From positions 16,416,001-16,480,000 of the forward strand of contig CP068257.2 of NCBI GenBank assembly GCA_009914755.4: a stretch of 64,000 bases of DNA. Reading direction: 5' to 3'. Shown in pieces: positions 13,293-25,429 of the stretch (within the stretch, counting starts at the first letter, position 1; every line of letters begins with the position of its first letter). The position numbers and the translations under genes are program-made. The DNA comes from the human T2T-CHM13v2.0 reference genome, Homo sapiens. The notes beneath the pieces are model-generated. The model saw only the letters and a list, made by a program, of their open reading frames with translations. It did not search any database and was not told the origin of the DNA.

Positions 13293-13475
13293 CTTTTCTT
13301 TTCCTCCCTCTCTCCCTCCCTCACTTCTTCCTCCCTTCCCTTCCTTTTCTTTCCCTCCTTTTCTTTCCCTTCCCTTCCCTTCCCTTCCCTTCCCTTCCCT
13401 TCCCTCCCCCCCCCCACCCATTTCCTTTGCTTTCCTGTTTGTTCTTTTTGTTCTTTTCTTTTCTTTCGTTCTCTG
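13293..13475. repeat. Long polypyrimidine tract on + strand, (TCCCT/TTCCC)n core plus C12 run (polypurine on - strand)
   Basis: ttttcttttcctccctctctccctccctcacttcttcctcccttcccttccttttctttccc...(cccttc)n...tccctcccccccccccaccc, then a T/C-rich continuation to ~13475. Confidence 0.9.
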
Positions 13476-14526
13476 GCTAGTCTGGAACTCCTGGGCTACA
13501 AATTGGGTATACTGCTCAGGTGATGGGTGCACCAAAATCTCACACATCACCACTAAAGAACTTACTCATGTAACCAAACACCACCTGTTCCCCAGAAACC
13601 TATGGAAAAAAAACTTTTTTTAAAAAAGTTCTCCTTGTGTTAATTTTAAGTAGAAAAATAACATTAATGTATTGAGTCTACTTTGAGCTGCAACTTTGAA
13701 GACAAAAGAGCAAGTTCTAAAGCTAATTTCTTTTCTTCTGTATTCTCTAGATCCATGTTTCAAAAAGAGGGATTTCACAAAATTCACCAGCAGTCCTTAG
13801 GATTACATTGGTACTGAAGTATAGCTAGGGAAAAAAAAAAGTAAAATTGGAGATGAGATAAAACTGTACTAAGTTCGAGAGTAAGCAAATATTTCATAAT
13901 GGGCATTAAGCCTGCCTGCCTTTTGCTCAGCAGGAAGGCATTATTTTAATTACACTGGGCAATAAACAAATCTTCTTATCTTCTCTAATCTCCAAGCTTG
14001 TTCACTATAAAAACATCATTGAAAAGATCAGAATAAACGCTGTTAGTGCTTCTATAGATATGCAGAAACCAAGACACCCATGTAGAACTGACTCCCAATC
14101 AAAGAAGTGCGTTACATACCCCGTCCTCCACATGTCCTTCCTGGATGACCTCAACTCCCCATAACTTCAACTACTGCTTGTACCCTAGTGACTTCTAAAT
14201 CTGTCTCTCTCAACTCTAAGTAACTATGGAAACTTGGGTGCTATAACCAAAATAGTATTATAGTATCCTTTTTTTTTTTGTTTACTCCAATTATGTTCTC
14301 TTCCTGCATTACTCAGTTCAGTAAGTCTTGTCAATATTTATTTGTTATTCTAAACTAGTAAATCGCAGATATTATTTGAATATTTGTTTCTTATACTAAG
14401 TCATTAAAGCCCTGTTGATTTTCTTGAATATATATATTTTTTCAATTTTTACTCCTCTTGCCCATTTCTGTCTCAGTCCAGACCCTCAAAATCCTACTCT
14501 TCCTACTTTGGACTATAACTACAGCA

Positions 14527-14824
14527 TTTTTTTTTTTTTTTTTTTGAGAGGTAGTCTCACCCTGTCCCCCAGGCTGGAGTACAATGGTGCAGTGCAGCTC
14601 ACTGCAACCTCTGCTTTCCGGGTTCAAATGATTCTCCCGCCACAGCCTCCGGAGTAGCTAGGACTACAGGTGCATGCCACCACACCTGGCTAATTTTTGT
14701 ATTTTTAGTAGAGATGGGTTTTCACTATGGTGGCCAGGCTGGTCTCGAACCCCTGACCTCATGATCCGCCCACCTCAGCCTCCCAAAGTGCTAGGATTAC
14801 AGGCATGAGTCACCGCACCCGGCC
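14527..14824 (-). mobile_element. Alu SINE (antisense), full length
   Basis: tttttttttttttttgagaggtagtctcaccctgtcccccaggctggagtacaatggtgcagtgcagctcactgcaacc...cctcccaaagtgctaggattacaggcatgagtcaccgcacccggcc; TSD ctacagc. Confidence 0.95.
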
Positions 14825-14876
14825 AGCTACAGCTCTTTCAGTTGGTCTCCCTGTTTCTATGATCACCCCTTCAGTT

Positions 14877-14986
14877 CTACCCTCTACATGATTCCCTATG
14901 TGATTTTTCTAAGAGACAATTATTTCATTTCTACCCTCTACACAGCTCCCCACGTGATTTTTCTAAGAGACAATTATTTCATTTCA
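14877..14986. repeat. 55-bp tandem duplication (2 copies)
   Basis: ctaccctctacatgattccctatgtgatttttctaagagacaattatttcatttct / ctaccctctacacagctccccacgtgatttttctaagagacaattatttcatttca. Confidence 0.85.
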
Positions 14987-15082
14987 GGCTCAGAAAACTT
15001 AATTCTCCTATCAATAGTACTTAGAATTTCCCCTGAACTCCAAGGTGCAGATGGATTCCTAGCCAAGTAGAAAGTGATTATA

Positions 15083-15150
15083 CATTTCTATTTCATTTCT
15101 ATTTCTATTACATTTCTATTTCTATTACATTTCTATTTCATTCTATTTCC
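15083..15150. repeat. Short minisatellite (catttctatttctatta)n
   Basis: catttctatttcatttctatttctattacatttctatttctattacatttctatttcattctatttcc. Confidence 0.75.
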
Positions 15151-15432
15151 ATAAATCATACATGCCTATATTTTATGTAATATTTAATATTCGAATTAAG
15201 TTTTACACTTACCAATACATACTACAAATATCACAACCGTCTTCAAATATCAGGCTTACTTTTGTCTTAATCTTTCCACTCTGCTGGTCTGTGCATTGTA
15301 AAAATTTTGTTATGGGCTTTATAAATAAAGTTCTTTCAGTTCTTTTATAGAATAGTGTAGTAACCTATTTAAATAAATCTTTTTTAAATAGTTTGCATTA
15401 CAGAAGTATATGGCTGAGCTGCTAGCAGATCT

Positions 15433-15620
15433 TAACATTCTTAATTCTAAAACTATTAATAGTAAATGTAAAAAATATATAATTCTGATTAAAAACAACG
15501 TTCTTAATTCTAAAACTATTAATAGTAAACATAAAAATATATAATTCTGATTAAAAACAACGTTAATTCTAAAACTATTAATAGTAATCATAAAAATATA
15601 TAATTCTGATTGAAAAACAA
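15433..15620. repeat. ~62-bp tandem repeat, 3 copies, AT-rich
   Basis: aacattcttaattctaaaactattaatagtaaatgtaaaaaatatataattctgattaaaaac repeated three times with small indels. Confidence 0.85.
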
Positions 15621-18600
15621 TTTTAAACATCTCTCTTTAGTTGAAAGCTCTCCCTCCTTATGGCTTCAATGTGAATTCTGTCACAATGCACTTAGTGATG
15701 AGCATTAAAAAGCCCACTTATAATTTGTCATTAGAAATTATAGTGAGAAATATTTTTTAAGACACAATGCTAGTTACATGGATGAAGCCCTCTCCCATCC
15801 CTCCCCTTTGTTATAAAGGAGTTGACATTATCAAGTGCAAGGGCTTCAGATTTAAGACGGGAATTTAGGAGAAGACTCTAGTTAAAATAAGTATTTGAAG
15901 TTATATTGAATATAGGAATTTCAATAAAGAGAAATTTTGATGTTATTGCAATGAGAGTAAAATTAAACTGTAGGGTACAGTCCTAATTTTGTGTATGTGT
16001 AGTAACAATTCTGCAAGTATTAAGAGAAATAACTTGTTATTTAAGATAAAAAAAAAACCCATGGATGAGGTAATACAATCTTTACTGACCATCTAGACAC
16101 AAGCTTGTTACAAGAACATAACCTTGGCAGATGGATCTCCAATTGCTGCATGTCAAAAAGTCAGTCTGCCACCTCACCTGAGGGTGGAGAACCTCTTATA
16201 CCAAATATACCTATAAAAAAGTTTTCTTTTTTCTATATTCAATGGACTTTTAATTTCAAACTATTTTATATTAGAGTTCATTACAATGACATTTGAAAAA
16301 TGTTAATATCTCCATGTATTTTGATGTCTCATTTATTATTAAAGTTTATATTTTGATACATAAAAGCTAAGCCTTTGGAAGGCTTCTTATCAATGTGTAA
16401 CTTCTTCAGTAACAATAACATTTAGATAAGGAATATTTTGGAGATGGGAAATATTACAAACCATCTCAGTGAATCCTTGTGACATTTATCTCATTTATAA
16501 TGACTTTAGTGGGTGTTGATAATGAAGTGTCTATTATTAATACTCCTACATAGGAAAACTTTTTGAAATAGACAAAACGTTAGCAACTTTAATCTGGAAT
16601 ACAAGGTTAGTACTAGCTTAAAAGTTTTTAAATTAAGGTGAAAATCTGAAAGTAATGCCAGGCAACAAGTTTTAAAAATGACATCCATAAGGTGAATAAA
16701 AAATTCAGCAGCAAGTGAAATTGGTTGCATTTTGAGTAGATTTCAGACTGTAGTTTTACCTTAATAAATACATCAATTGCAGTCTTTCTGAGTGATTAGC
16801 TTTAATCATCATCCATCTTTTGCATCAGTAATGTATGGCATGGCATGAAGCCTTTTTATACTTCTAATGATTACATTAAATTGACTTAAACTTTCAGGAA
16901 GATTCTATGAGTTTTTCTATTTTAAATTATTAACCTGAAAAAAATTTCCACCTTATCTTTTTACTGCATGAATTCTAATGATTATTCAACCGGCATTATT
17001 TATCTGAATTAAAAAGTGCAATATTCACATTGAGATTTCAGTTCATTTTTTTTCTAAATCTATCTTTCAGGAAGGAAAAAATAGCTAAGAATAAAAAGAT
17101 TAGCTTTATATTTTACCTGGCTTACCTCCCAATCTCAGACACCTCAAAATATATAATGTGTTTATTAGTGATTAATTATTTTTATTAGGTATTCACAATC
17201 ATTTATGTAACTTATTACATACTATGTTATTTTCAGACTATATGTAGATTATATTTATCTTGATGTAATTTAATAAAATAAACTTTATTTTTAAAAAACA
17301 GTTAAAAATAAATTTCATAACATTTAGCTTGGGATAGAAGGTCATTTTTTTTCTTATAATTCTGATTTTGCATCACTTAGACATGGAATTAAACAGATGT
17401 GTGAGCTGAAATGTCGAAAGAATACTTTGATTATTTTAGTGGCTGAGACATGAATCTAATGGATTACTGCTGAATAAATTGCTGAGCTATTGACATCATA
17501 ATGGCTGATGGAATTGATTATATAGAAAATAGCCACTGTTTTTCTAGTGATTGAGTGATGGAAAAGATCTCATTTTGCCTGTCAGCCTTTATGAAATTAT
17601 CCCTGGAAAGAACAGGCTATGTGCATGTCTGTTAGAACAATGAGAATTGCTAAATAACTTCTGACTTAGACACAAGTCACTTGTCACATGAGCAAAATTT
17701 AATAACAGACTTTAAGCAATAGTCTTGGATATGGGGCACTCTAAGAATTTCTAAATTAGACTGTTATTACTTGCTGGTGTTTGCTGTTCTGAAGAACATT
17801 ACACAGGCTTTATGTAAGTTTCTTTTGAAGACAAAGTAGTAATGTATATGAGGTAATAACATACATATCGAGACATTGCTATAAAGAATAGATGATATAG
17901 AGAGGGATGGATGCATTGTATTTTCCCCTGTGCTTTTAAAAGTTTTCGCTTGACTAATTGATTCAAATACTTGAAGAGGAACTTGTGGTGGGCTGTCCTT
18001 TTTGATATGTTTAAAATTTCCCCTAAAATTTTTTCTTACTTTTTTCTTCCACATTCTGTTATTAGGTTTTCTAAGTTTATTTTCTATGGAAAAAGAATTA
18101 AGAGAAAAATTAATCCACTCCTGGGAAAGACTAGAATATGGAAGTCTTCAGGCTGAGTCAGAGAAAATTTCTTTTCAAAGTTTAGATTAAAAATGTTGCT
18201 GATTGTGGAGACTGAGAAGAAAAGGAGAGAGATTTGAGGAGCCCGTAGAAAGAATGGGGAGTTGATACATTTGCAGGGACAATGACTAAGGACCAGATGT
18301 AACGAAGGATGTCTGGGCAGGGGCCACAGTAGTTTGATAAAGAGATAGTTACTAATGGCCTATTTCCAAGCCAGCTTCTCAAACTTAAATGTAATCACAA
18401 AGAAAAGGGGGTAGTAAATTGATTGAGTTTGAAAAATTAAGATGTCTTTTTTGATATTTGAATTTTTGAATGTATATTCAGAGTCACTTCTATTTCAGAA
18501 TGACAACTTCTATTATCCACTCAGAAAATGCAGGAAATTCATTCTTTAATTATAACTACATGGACTAAAGAATGCTCTCAGCCTCATGCCACCTTCTTTG

Positions 18601-19122
18601 GGTTGATGGAACTTCTGAGAAAATGGGTTATGAGTTATAGAGCGTCACGCTTTGCCAACCTCTGAAAATGCCAATATTCATGTCTGTGGTTTCAGGCAAA
18701 AATATTCTAGTACTGTAATTCTAGAAAGAGAACAAATTAGAAAGATTGCTCTGCAAATGTCAAAATAAATTCCAAGACATCTCTTTCCCCATGTTTACCA
18801 TACAATTCCCTGTGACCGTAATTGAAACTATAAAGTCAGACACTCTTGGATTGACCCTTCATCACCACTCCTTACTACCTATGGGAACTTGGGCAAGATA
18901 CTTAACCTCTCTTGGTCTCAGTTTCATTATATTTAAAATTAGGATTATTATTTGTATCTCACAGGTTGTAGTAAGAATATACGGAAAACTGGTACATGGT
19001 ATTTAATCAATGGTAGCTATTTTTATAATGATAACTTCCACATTGCTCATTTCCATCATCTGCCTGCTAATAGGCACTGTTCTATTTTGTGTCCATCTGT
19101 ACATGATCTCTATGTCTGCCTT

Positions 19123-21237
19123 TGCTATGGTCTAAATGTTATTGTACCCCCAAAATGCATACAACAAAATCCTGACCTATAAGATAATGGCGTTAGGAGG
19201 TGGATATTTGAAAGGTGATTAGGTAACAGGAGCAGGACTGTCGTGAGTAGGATTAGTGCCTTTATAAAAGAGTCTCTAGAGAGATCTCTCCTCTTTTCTA
19301 CCACCCGAGGACACAGCAAAAAGACAGCTGTTTACAAGTCAGGACGTGAGCCCTTCCCAGACACTGAATCTGGAAGCATCTCGATCTTGGACTTCTCAGC
19401 TTCCAGAACTGAGAAAGATAAATTTCTGTTGTTTATATGCCACCTAGTTTATGGCATTTTGTTATAGTAGCCTGCATGGACTAAGACAGAGAACTGGTAC
19501 CAAGAAGTGGGGGCACTGCCATAACAAATACCTAAAAATGTGGAAGTGGCTTTGGAATAGGATAATGGATAGAGATTGGAAGAGTTGTGAAGTGCATGCT
19601 AGAACAAACTTCTTAGAGAATACCTGAACAGATGTTGGTAGAAATATGGAAGGTAAAGGCCATGCTGATGAGATCTCAAATGGAAATGAGGAACATGTTA
19701 TTGGAGGAAAGACCATCTTGTTGTGAAGTGGCAAAAAACTTTGTTCAAATTGTGTTCATGTCCAAGTATTTTGTAGAAGATAGAACTTGTGTAAGATGAA
19801 ATTGGATATTTGAGAAAATATCTAAGCAAAATGTTGAAGGTATGGCTTGGCTTCTCTTGATGGCTTTTAGTAAAAGGCAAGAAGAGAAAAATGATTTAAA
19901 GATGAAGTTGTTTATTAAAAAAGAAGCAGAACTTGAAGATTTGGAATATTCTGAGCCTATTCATTCTGAAAAGAATGAGAGAGCCTATCTGGGAGAGAAC
20001 ACAAAGGATGTGGTCAAGATTAACTGATAGGGAGATTAGTTAGTTATTTAAACAGAAGCCAGGAACTATTGTCTAAGACAATAGAAGAATGATCCAGAGT
20101 CAATTTGCATTACAGGTCTAGGGTGCAAGAGCCCCAGCAAGGGTGGAGCCACTGGAGAGAGCCCTCATTAGGGCAATGCCTAGTGGATTCATGGGGCCAG
20201 GGCCACTTTTGTGATCTCAGACAGGTAGAGCCACCAAAGTGAAATTCCATCCCCAGGGAGCTGTGGTCTCCAGACAGAGGAACAGAGCTGCCACACAGAT
20301 TGGGCCACTTCAGAGAACTGCTACAAGAATGGGACCACCTAAAGTTGTGGGATTAGGGTTGTTTGGAACCTTGGCGGCCTATTTACTGACCTGAAAAGCT
20401 GTTGGGGAGCCACCCCAGTGGGGCCAGAATGTGAGACTCCTGGCTCAGTGAGTCTGGAAGGCAGGATTCCCACCTCAGTGTGCATGGAGGGTAGAGCATT
20501 AAGTCAAAGAATACCTTCAAACCCTAAGGCTTTGGAGCTACTTGGGATCTGTCACTCATTTCTTCTTTCCTATTTTCCCTTTTGGAATGGGATTGTCTGT
20601 CCTGTGCCTGTCACACCATTGTTTCTTGGAAATGTATAACTTCTTTGATTTCATAAGTTTGCAGGTGAATGGGAATTTGCCTCCTGAGGCAAATCATACC
20701 TTAAGTCTCACCCATATCTGATTTAAGTAATATTTATATGAGACTTTGGACTTTAGACTTTTGAGTTAATGCTGGAGCAAGTTAAGATTTTGGAGCTATT
20801 GGGATGGGATGAATATATTTTGCAGGATTGAAGGATATAAATTTTGGGGGCCAAGGGACAGAGGGCTATGGTCCAAATGTTTGTGTCCCTCTAAAATTTA
20901 TATGTAGAAATCCTTACCTCTAAGGTGATTGTATTAGGAGGTGGAATCTTTGGGAAGTAATTAGGTCATGGGGATGAAGCTTTCACGGATGAGATTAGTG
21001 CCCTTACAATAGAGACTCCAGAGAGCTCCTTTGCCCATTTTGCAATGTGAGGACACATTGAAAGAGTGTGAAAGAGTGCTGTTTAGGACGCAAACCCTCA
21101 CCAAACGCTGAATCTGCCAACACCTTGATCTTGGACTTCCAAGCCTCCCGAATTGTGAGAAATAAATTTCTGTGTTTCTAAGCCACTAAGTCTATGATAT
21201 TTTTGTAGCAGTCTGAATGGACTATTGGAATAAGACA
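19123..21237 (+). mobile_element. Near full-length ERVL-MaLR element (MST/THE1-type): 5' LTR 19123-19489, internal 19490-20864, 3' LTR 20865-21237
   Basis: Both LTRs start t/ggctatggtc(t/c)aaatgtt...and end ...tttctgt(t/g)tt(t/c)taagccac(c/t)(t/a)agt(t/c)tatg(g/a)(c/t)atttt(g/t)t(t/a)(t/g)agcagtctg(c/a)atggacta...aga. Internal region is non-coding, with typical MaLR-int blocks such as ttaatgctggagcaagttaagattttggagctattgggatgggatgaatatattttgcagg. Flanking 5-mers are gcctt / acctt. Confidence 0.8.
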
Positions 21238-21500
21238 ACCTTATTACCATCATCAGTAATCAACTTTCTCCTTCTTTTCCCAACCCCTGCTAGGGATGGA
21301 CTCTGCCATATGTTATGTACAATGGCCTTGAAGAAGAACGGGAGATTTAAGAGTAATTTCAGTATAACGTGTGGTTAGAAGTATGGACTTGAGTCAAACT
21401 ATTGGGTTTATAATTCAGGGTCTGCCATTTACACGATATCTCTTTCTCTGGATAAGTGGATTATTCTTTCTGTGCCTAGCCTTCTTCATTTGTAAAACGG

Positions 21501-21875
21501 TGTATTAGTCTGTTCTCCTGCTGCTAATAAAGACATACCCAAGACTGGGTAATGAGACTGGGTAATTTATAAAGGAAAGAGGGTTGAGGGACTCACAGTT
21601 CCACATGGCTGGGGAGGGCTCACAATCATGGCAAAAGGCAAAGGAGAAGGAAAGGCACCTCCTATATGGCAGCAGGCAAGAAAGTGTGTGCAGGGGAACT
21701 CCCCTTTATAAAACCATCAGATCTTGTGAGACGTATTCACTATCACAAGAACATCATGGGAAAACCTGTCCCCATGATTAAATTATCTCTCACCAGGTCC
21801 CTCCCACGACATGTGGGGATTATGGGAGCTACAATTCAAGATGAAATTTGAGTGGGGACACAGCTAAACCATGTC
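21501..21875 (-). mobile_element. THE1/MST-type solo LTR (antisense)
   Basis: tgtattagtctgttctcctgctgctaataaagacatacccaagactgggtaat...tttataaaaccatcagatcttgtgagacgtattcactatcacaagaacatcatggg...gattatgggagctacaattcaagatgaaatttgagtggggacacagctaaaccatgtca. The hallmark spurious ORFs (...LPFIKPSDLVRRIHYHKNIMGKP...) are present. Flanks aacgg / aatgg. Confidence 0.8.
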
Positions 21876-22719
21876 AAATGGTTTAGAATATTAAATGTAC
21901 TAAAAAGCAGTTAACAGATATTATTGCAAATACATCGACTTTTGAATTAATCTTTCTTTTCTCATACTTAGAACTTATTTCATTTCTGTTTATATTTTTA
22001 TCAGTTAATATTCCCTATATGGCTATGAGTTTCTCAAAGATAAGAATGCCTTATTCATGTAACACAAATGACCATAGATTTCCACTCTTCTTTACTACAT
22101 ATTACTTGCTTAGTGGTGTTTTGTTGTCATTTATATTCTTTTTTACATATTAGGGAGTTTATGGATGTTGTCTCATTTAGTTCTCAAAGAGCTTTATGAG
22201 CTAGGTAATATTTTCCACAACTCAAGAAGAAATGGAGGCTCAGAAATGTAGGTAACTTGTCTAAGGTCCTACAGCTAACATGAATCAGACACAAGATTTG
22301 CACCCAGTTTGAATCACAGCCCATGTTCATATTCACTATGCTACATGGCTTCTTTTTATTTGTTTATCTGCATATATTTAGGAGGTATAAGTGCAGATTT
22401 CTTACTTGCATATATTGTATAGTGGTAAAGCCTGGGCTTTTAGTATACCCATCACCTAAATAGTGAATATTGTACCCAATAGGTATTTATTTTAACCCTC
22501 ATTTCCCTCCAAACCTTTTGTGGACTCCAGTGTCTATTATTCTTCTCTGTATGTCCATGTGTACTGACTGTTTAGCTCCCATTTATAAGTGAGAACATGT
22601 GGTCTTTAACTTTCTGTCTGAGTTATTTCACTTAAGAGAATGACTTCTAGTTCCAACTTTGTTGCTGCAAAAACACATGATTTTATTTTTCTTATGCCAT
22701 AAAACACATGATTTTACGG

Positions 22720-23010
22720 TATATATATACCATAGAATATTATATATATATCACAGATATATACCATAGAATATTATATATATATCACATATATATACCA
22801 TAGAATATTATATATCACACATATACCATAGAATATTATATATATATCACATATATATACCATATTACCATAGAATATATGTATCACACATATATACCAT
22901 AGAATATTATATATATACCATATGTATGTGATAAATATAAAACTTGTATATATACACACATATACCATAGAATATTATATATAATCACATATATATACCA
23001 TATGTATATC
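22720..23010. repeat. Minisatellite/VNTR (~30-33-bp AT-rich unit, ~9 copies) expanded inside the antisense L1
   Basis: Units like accatagaatattatatatatatcacatatatat repeated. They replace the L1 antisense segment ...tatggctgcatagtattccatggtgtatatataccacattttctttatccagtc, from which the unit is evidently derived. Confidence 0.8.
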
Positions 23011-23158
23011 ACATTTTCTTTATACAATCATCTGTTAATGGACACTTCAGTTGATTCTGTGACTTTACTATTATGAATAGTGCTGTGACAAACCATACAA
23101 GGGCAGGTATCTTTCTGATGTAATAATACCTACTCGTGTATGCTTATCACAGTACTAT

Positions 23159-23255
23159 TCACAATAGCAAAATAATAGAATTTGCTATAATCACAATAGC
23201 AAAATAATAGAATTTGCTATAATCACAATAGCAAAATAATAGAATTTGCTATAAT
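23159..23255. repeat. 32-bp tandem triplication inside L1
   Basis: tcacaatagcaaaataatagaatttgctataa, three copies. Confidence 0.85.
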
Positions 23256-24785
23256 CCTACACAGTAGTGGGATTGCTAGATTGAATGGCAGTCCTATATT
23301 CAGTTCTTTAAGACATAGTCATACTGTTTTTCATAAATTTGCTACTAATTTACATTCTTACCAACAGTGTATAAGCATTCTCTTTTTCTCTGCATCCCTG
23401 CCAACATCTATTGTTTTCTGACTTTTTAATGACAGCCATTCTGACCGGTCTAAGATGGTATCTCTTGTGGTTTTGACTTGCATTTCTCTGTTGATTAGTT
23501 ATGTTGAGCCCTTTTTCATGTTTGTTAGCTGCTTATATGTCTTCTTTTGAAAATTATTAGTTCATGTTCTTTGCTCCCTTTTTAATTGGGTTATTTGTTT
23601 ATTTCTTGTTGAACTATTTGAGTTCTTTGTAGATTCTGAATATTAGCCCTTTGTTGGACGCATAGTTTGTAAATATCTTCTTCCATTCTGTAGCTTTTCT
23701 GTTTGTTCTGTTGATTGTTTTGCTTGTCAGAAGCTTTTAGGTTTAATTAAGTCTCATTTGTTTATCTTCATTTTTGTAGCATTTGTTTTTGAAGACTTGG
23801 TTATAAATATTTTGCCAAGGCCAATGTCCAGAAGAGTTTTTCCCAGATTTTCTTCAAGGATATTGATAGTTTCAAGTTCTATATTTAGGTCTTTAATTAA
23901 TCTTGAGTTGATTTTTGTATATGGTGAGAGGTATGGGTTCAAGTTTATTCTTCTGCAGATGGTTATCCAACTTTCCCGGCATCATTTATTGAATAGAATG
24001 TTCTTTCCTGAGCATATATTTTTGTTGACTTCATCAAAGATCAGTTGGTTGTAGGTATGTGGCTCTATTTCTGGGTTCTCCATTGTGTTCCATTGATCTA
24101 TGTGACTATTTTTATTTTTATACTAGTACCTTCTGTTTTAGTCACTATAGCTTAGTAGTATAATTTGAAGTCAGGTAATATAATGCCTCCAGCATTGTTC
24201 TTTTTGCTTAGGATTGCTTTGACTATTTAAGCTCTTTTTTGGTTCCATATTAATTTTATGATTTATTCCCCTAATTCTGTGAAAAATGACATTGGTAACT
24301 CGATAGGGATTGCCTTGAATCTATGAATTGCTTTGGGCAGTATGGTCATTTTAACTACATTTATCCTTGCAATCTATGAGCATGGGATGTTTTCCCATTT
24401 GTTTATGTCATCTGCAATTTATTTTACTAGTGTTTTATAGTTCTCCTTATAGAGATACTTTACCTCCTTTGTTAAATATATTCCTAGCTATTTTATTTGT
24501 TTTATAACTAGTGTAAATGGAATTGCCTTCGGATTTTGTCTTTGGCTGGATCATTATTAGTGTATAGAAATGCCACTGATTTCTGTACATAGTTTCATGT
24601 CCTGAAACTACTCAATTCATTTATCAAATCTAAGAGTTTTTTGGTGGAGTCTCCAGATGTTACTAGATATAAGATCATATATCATCAGTGAACAAGGATC
24701 ATTTGACTTACTCTTTTCCAATTTGGATGCTTTTTACTTTTATTTTTTTCTTGCCTGATTACTCCAGTGAGAACTTACAGTACTA

Positions 24786-25149
<364 letters not shown>

Positions 25150-25429
25150 TTAGAGGGAATGCTTTTAACTTTTCTCGTTAAGTATGATGTTGGCTGTGGG
25201 TTTGTCATATATTGCCTTTTTTACATTGAGATATGTTTCTTCTGTGGCTAGTTTGTTGAGGAATTTTATCACAAAGCAATGCTGAATTTTATTTACTACT
25301 TTTTCTGCATCTATTGAGATGATCATTTGGTTTTTGTCCTCAACCCTGTTTATATAATGTATCACATTTATTGATTTGCATATGTTTAACCATCCGTACA
25401 TCTCTGGAATAAATCCCACCTGATCCTGG

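Noticed and set aside
15433-15620. Regularly spaced ~62-bp repeats that could superficially resemble a CRISPR array
   Set aside because: This is a eukaryotic context and the units abut directly with no unique spacers. They are AT-rich and imperfect. It is a simple tandem triplication.
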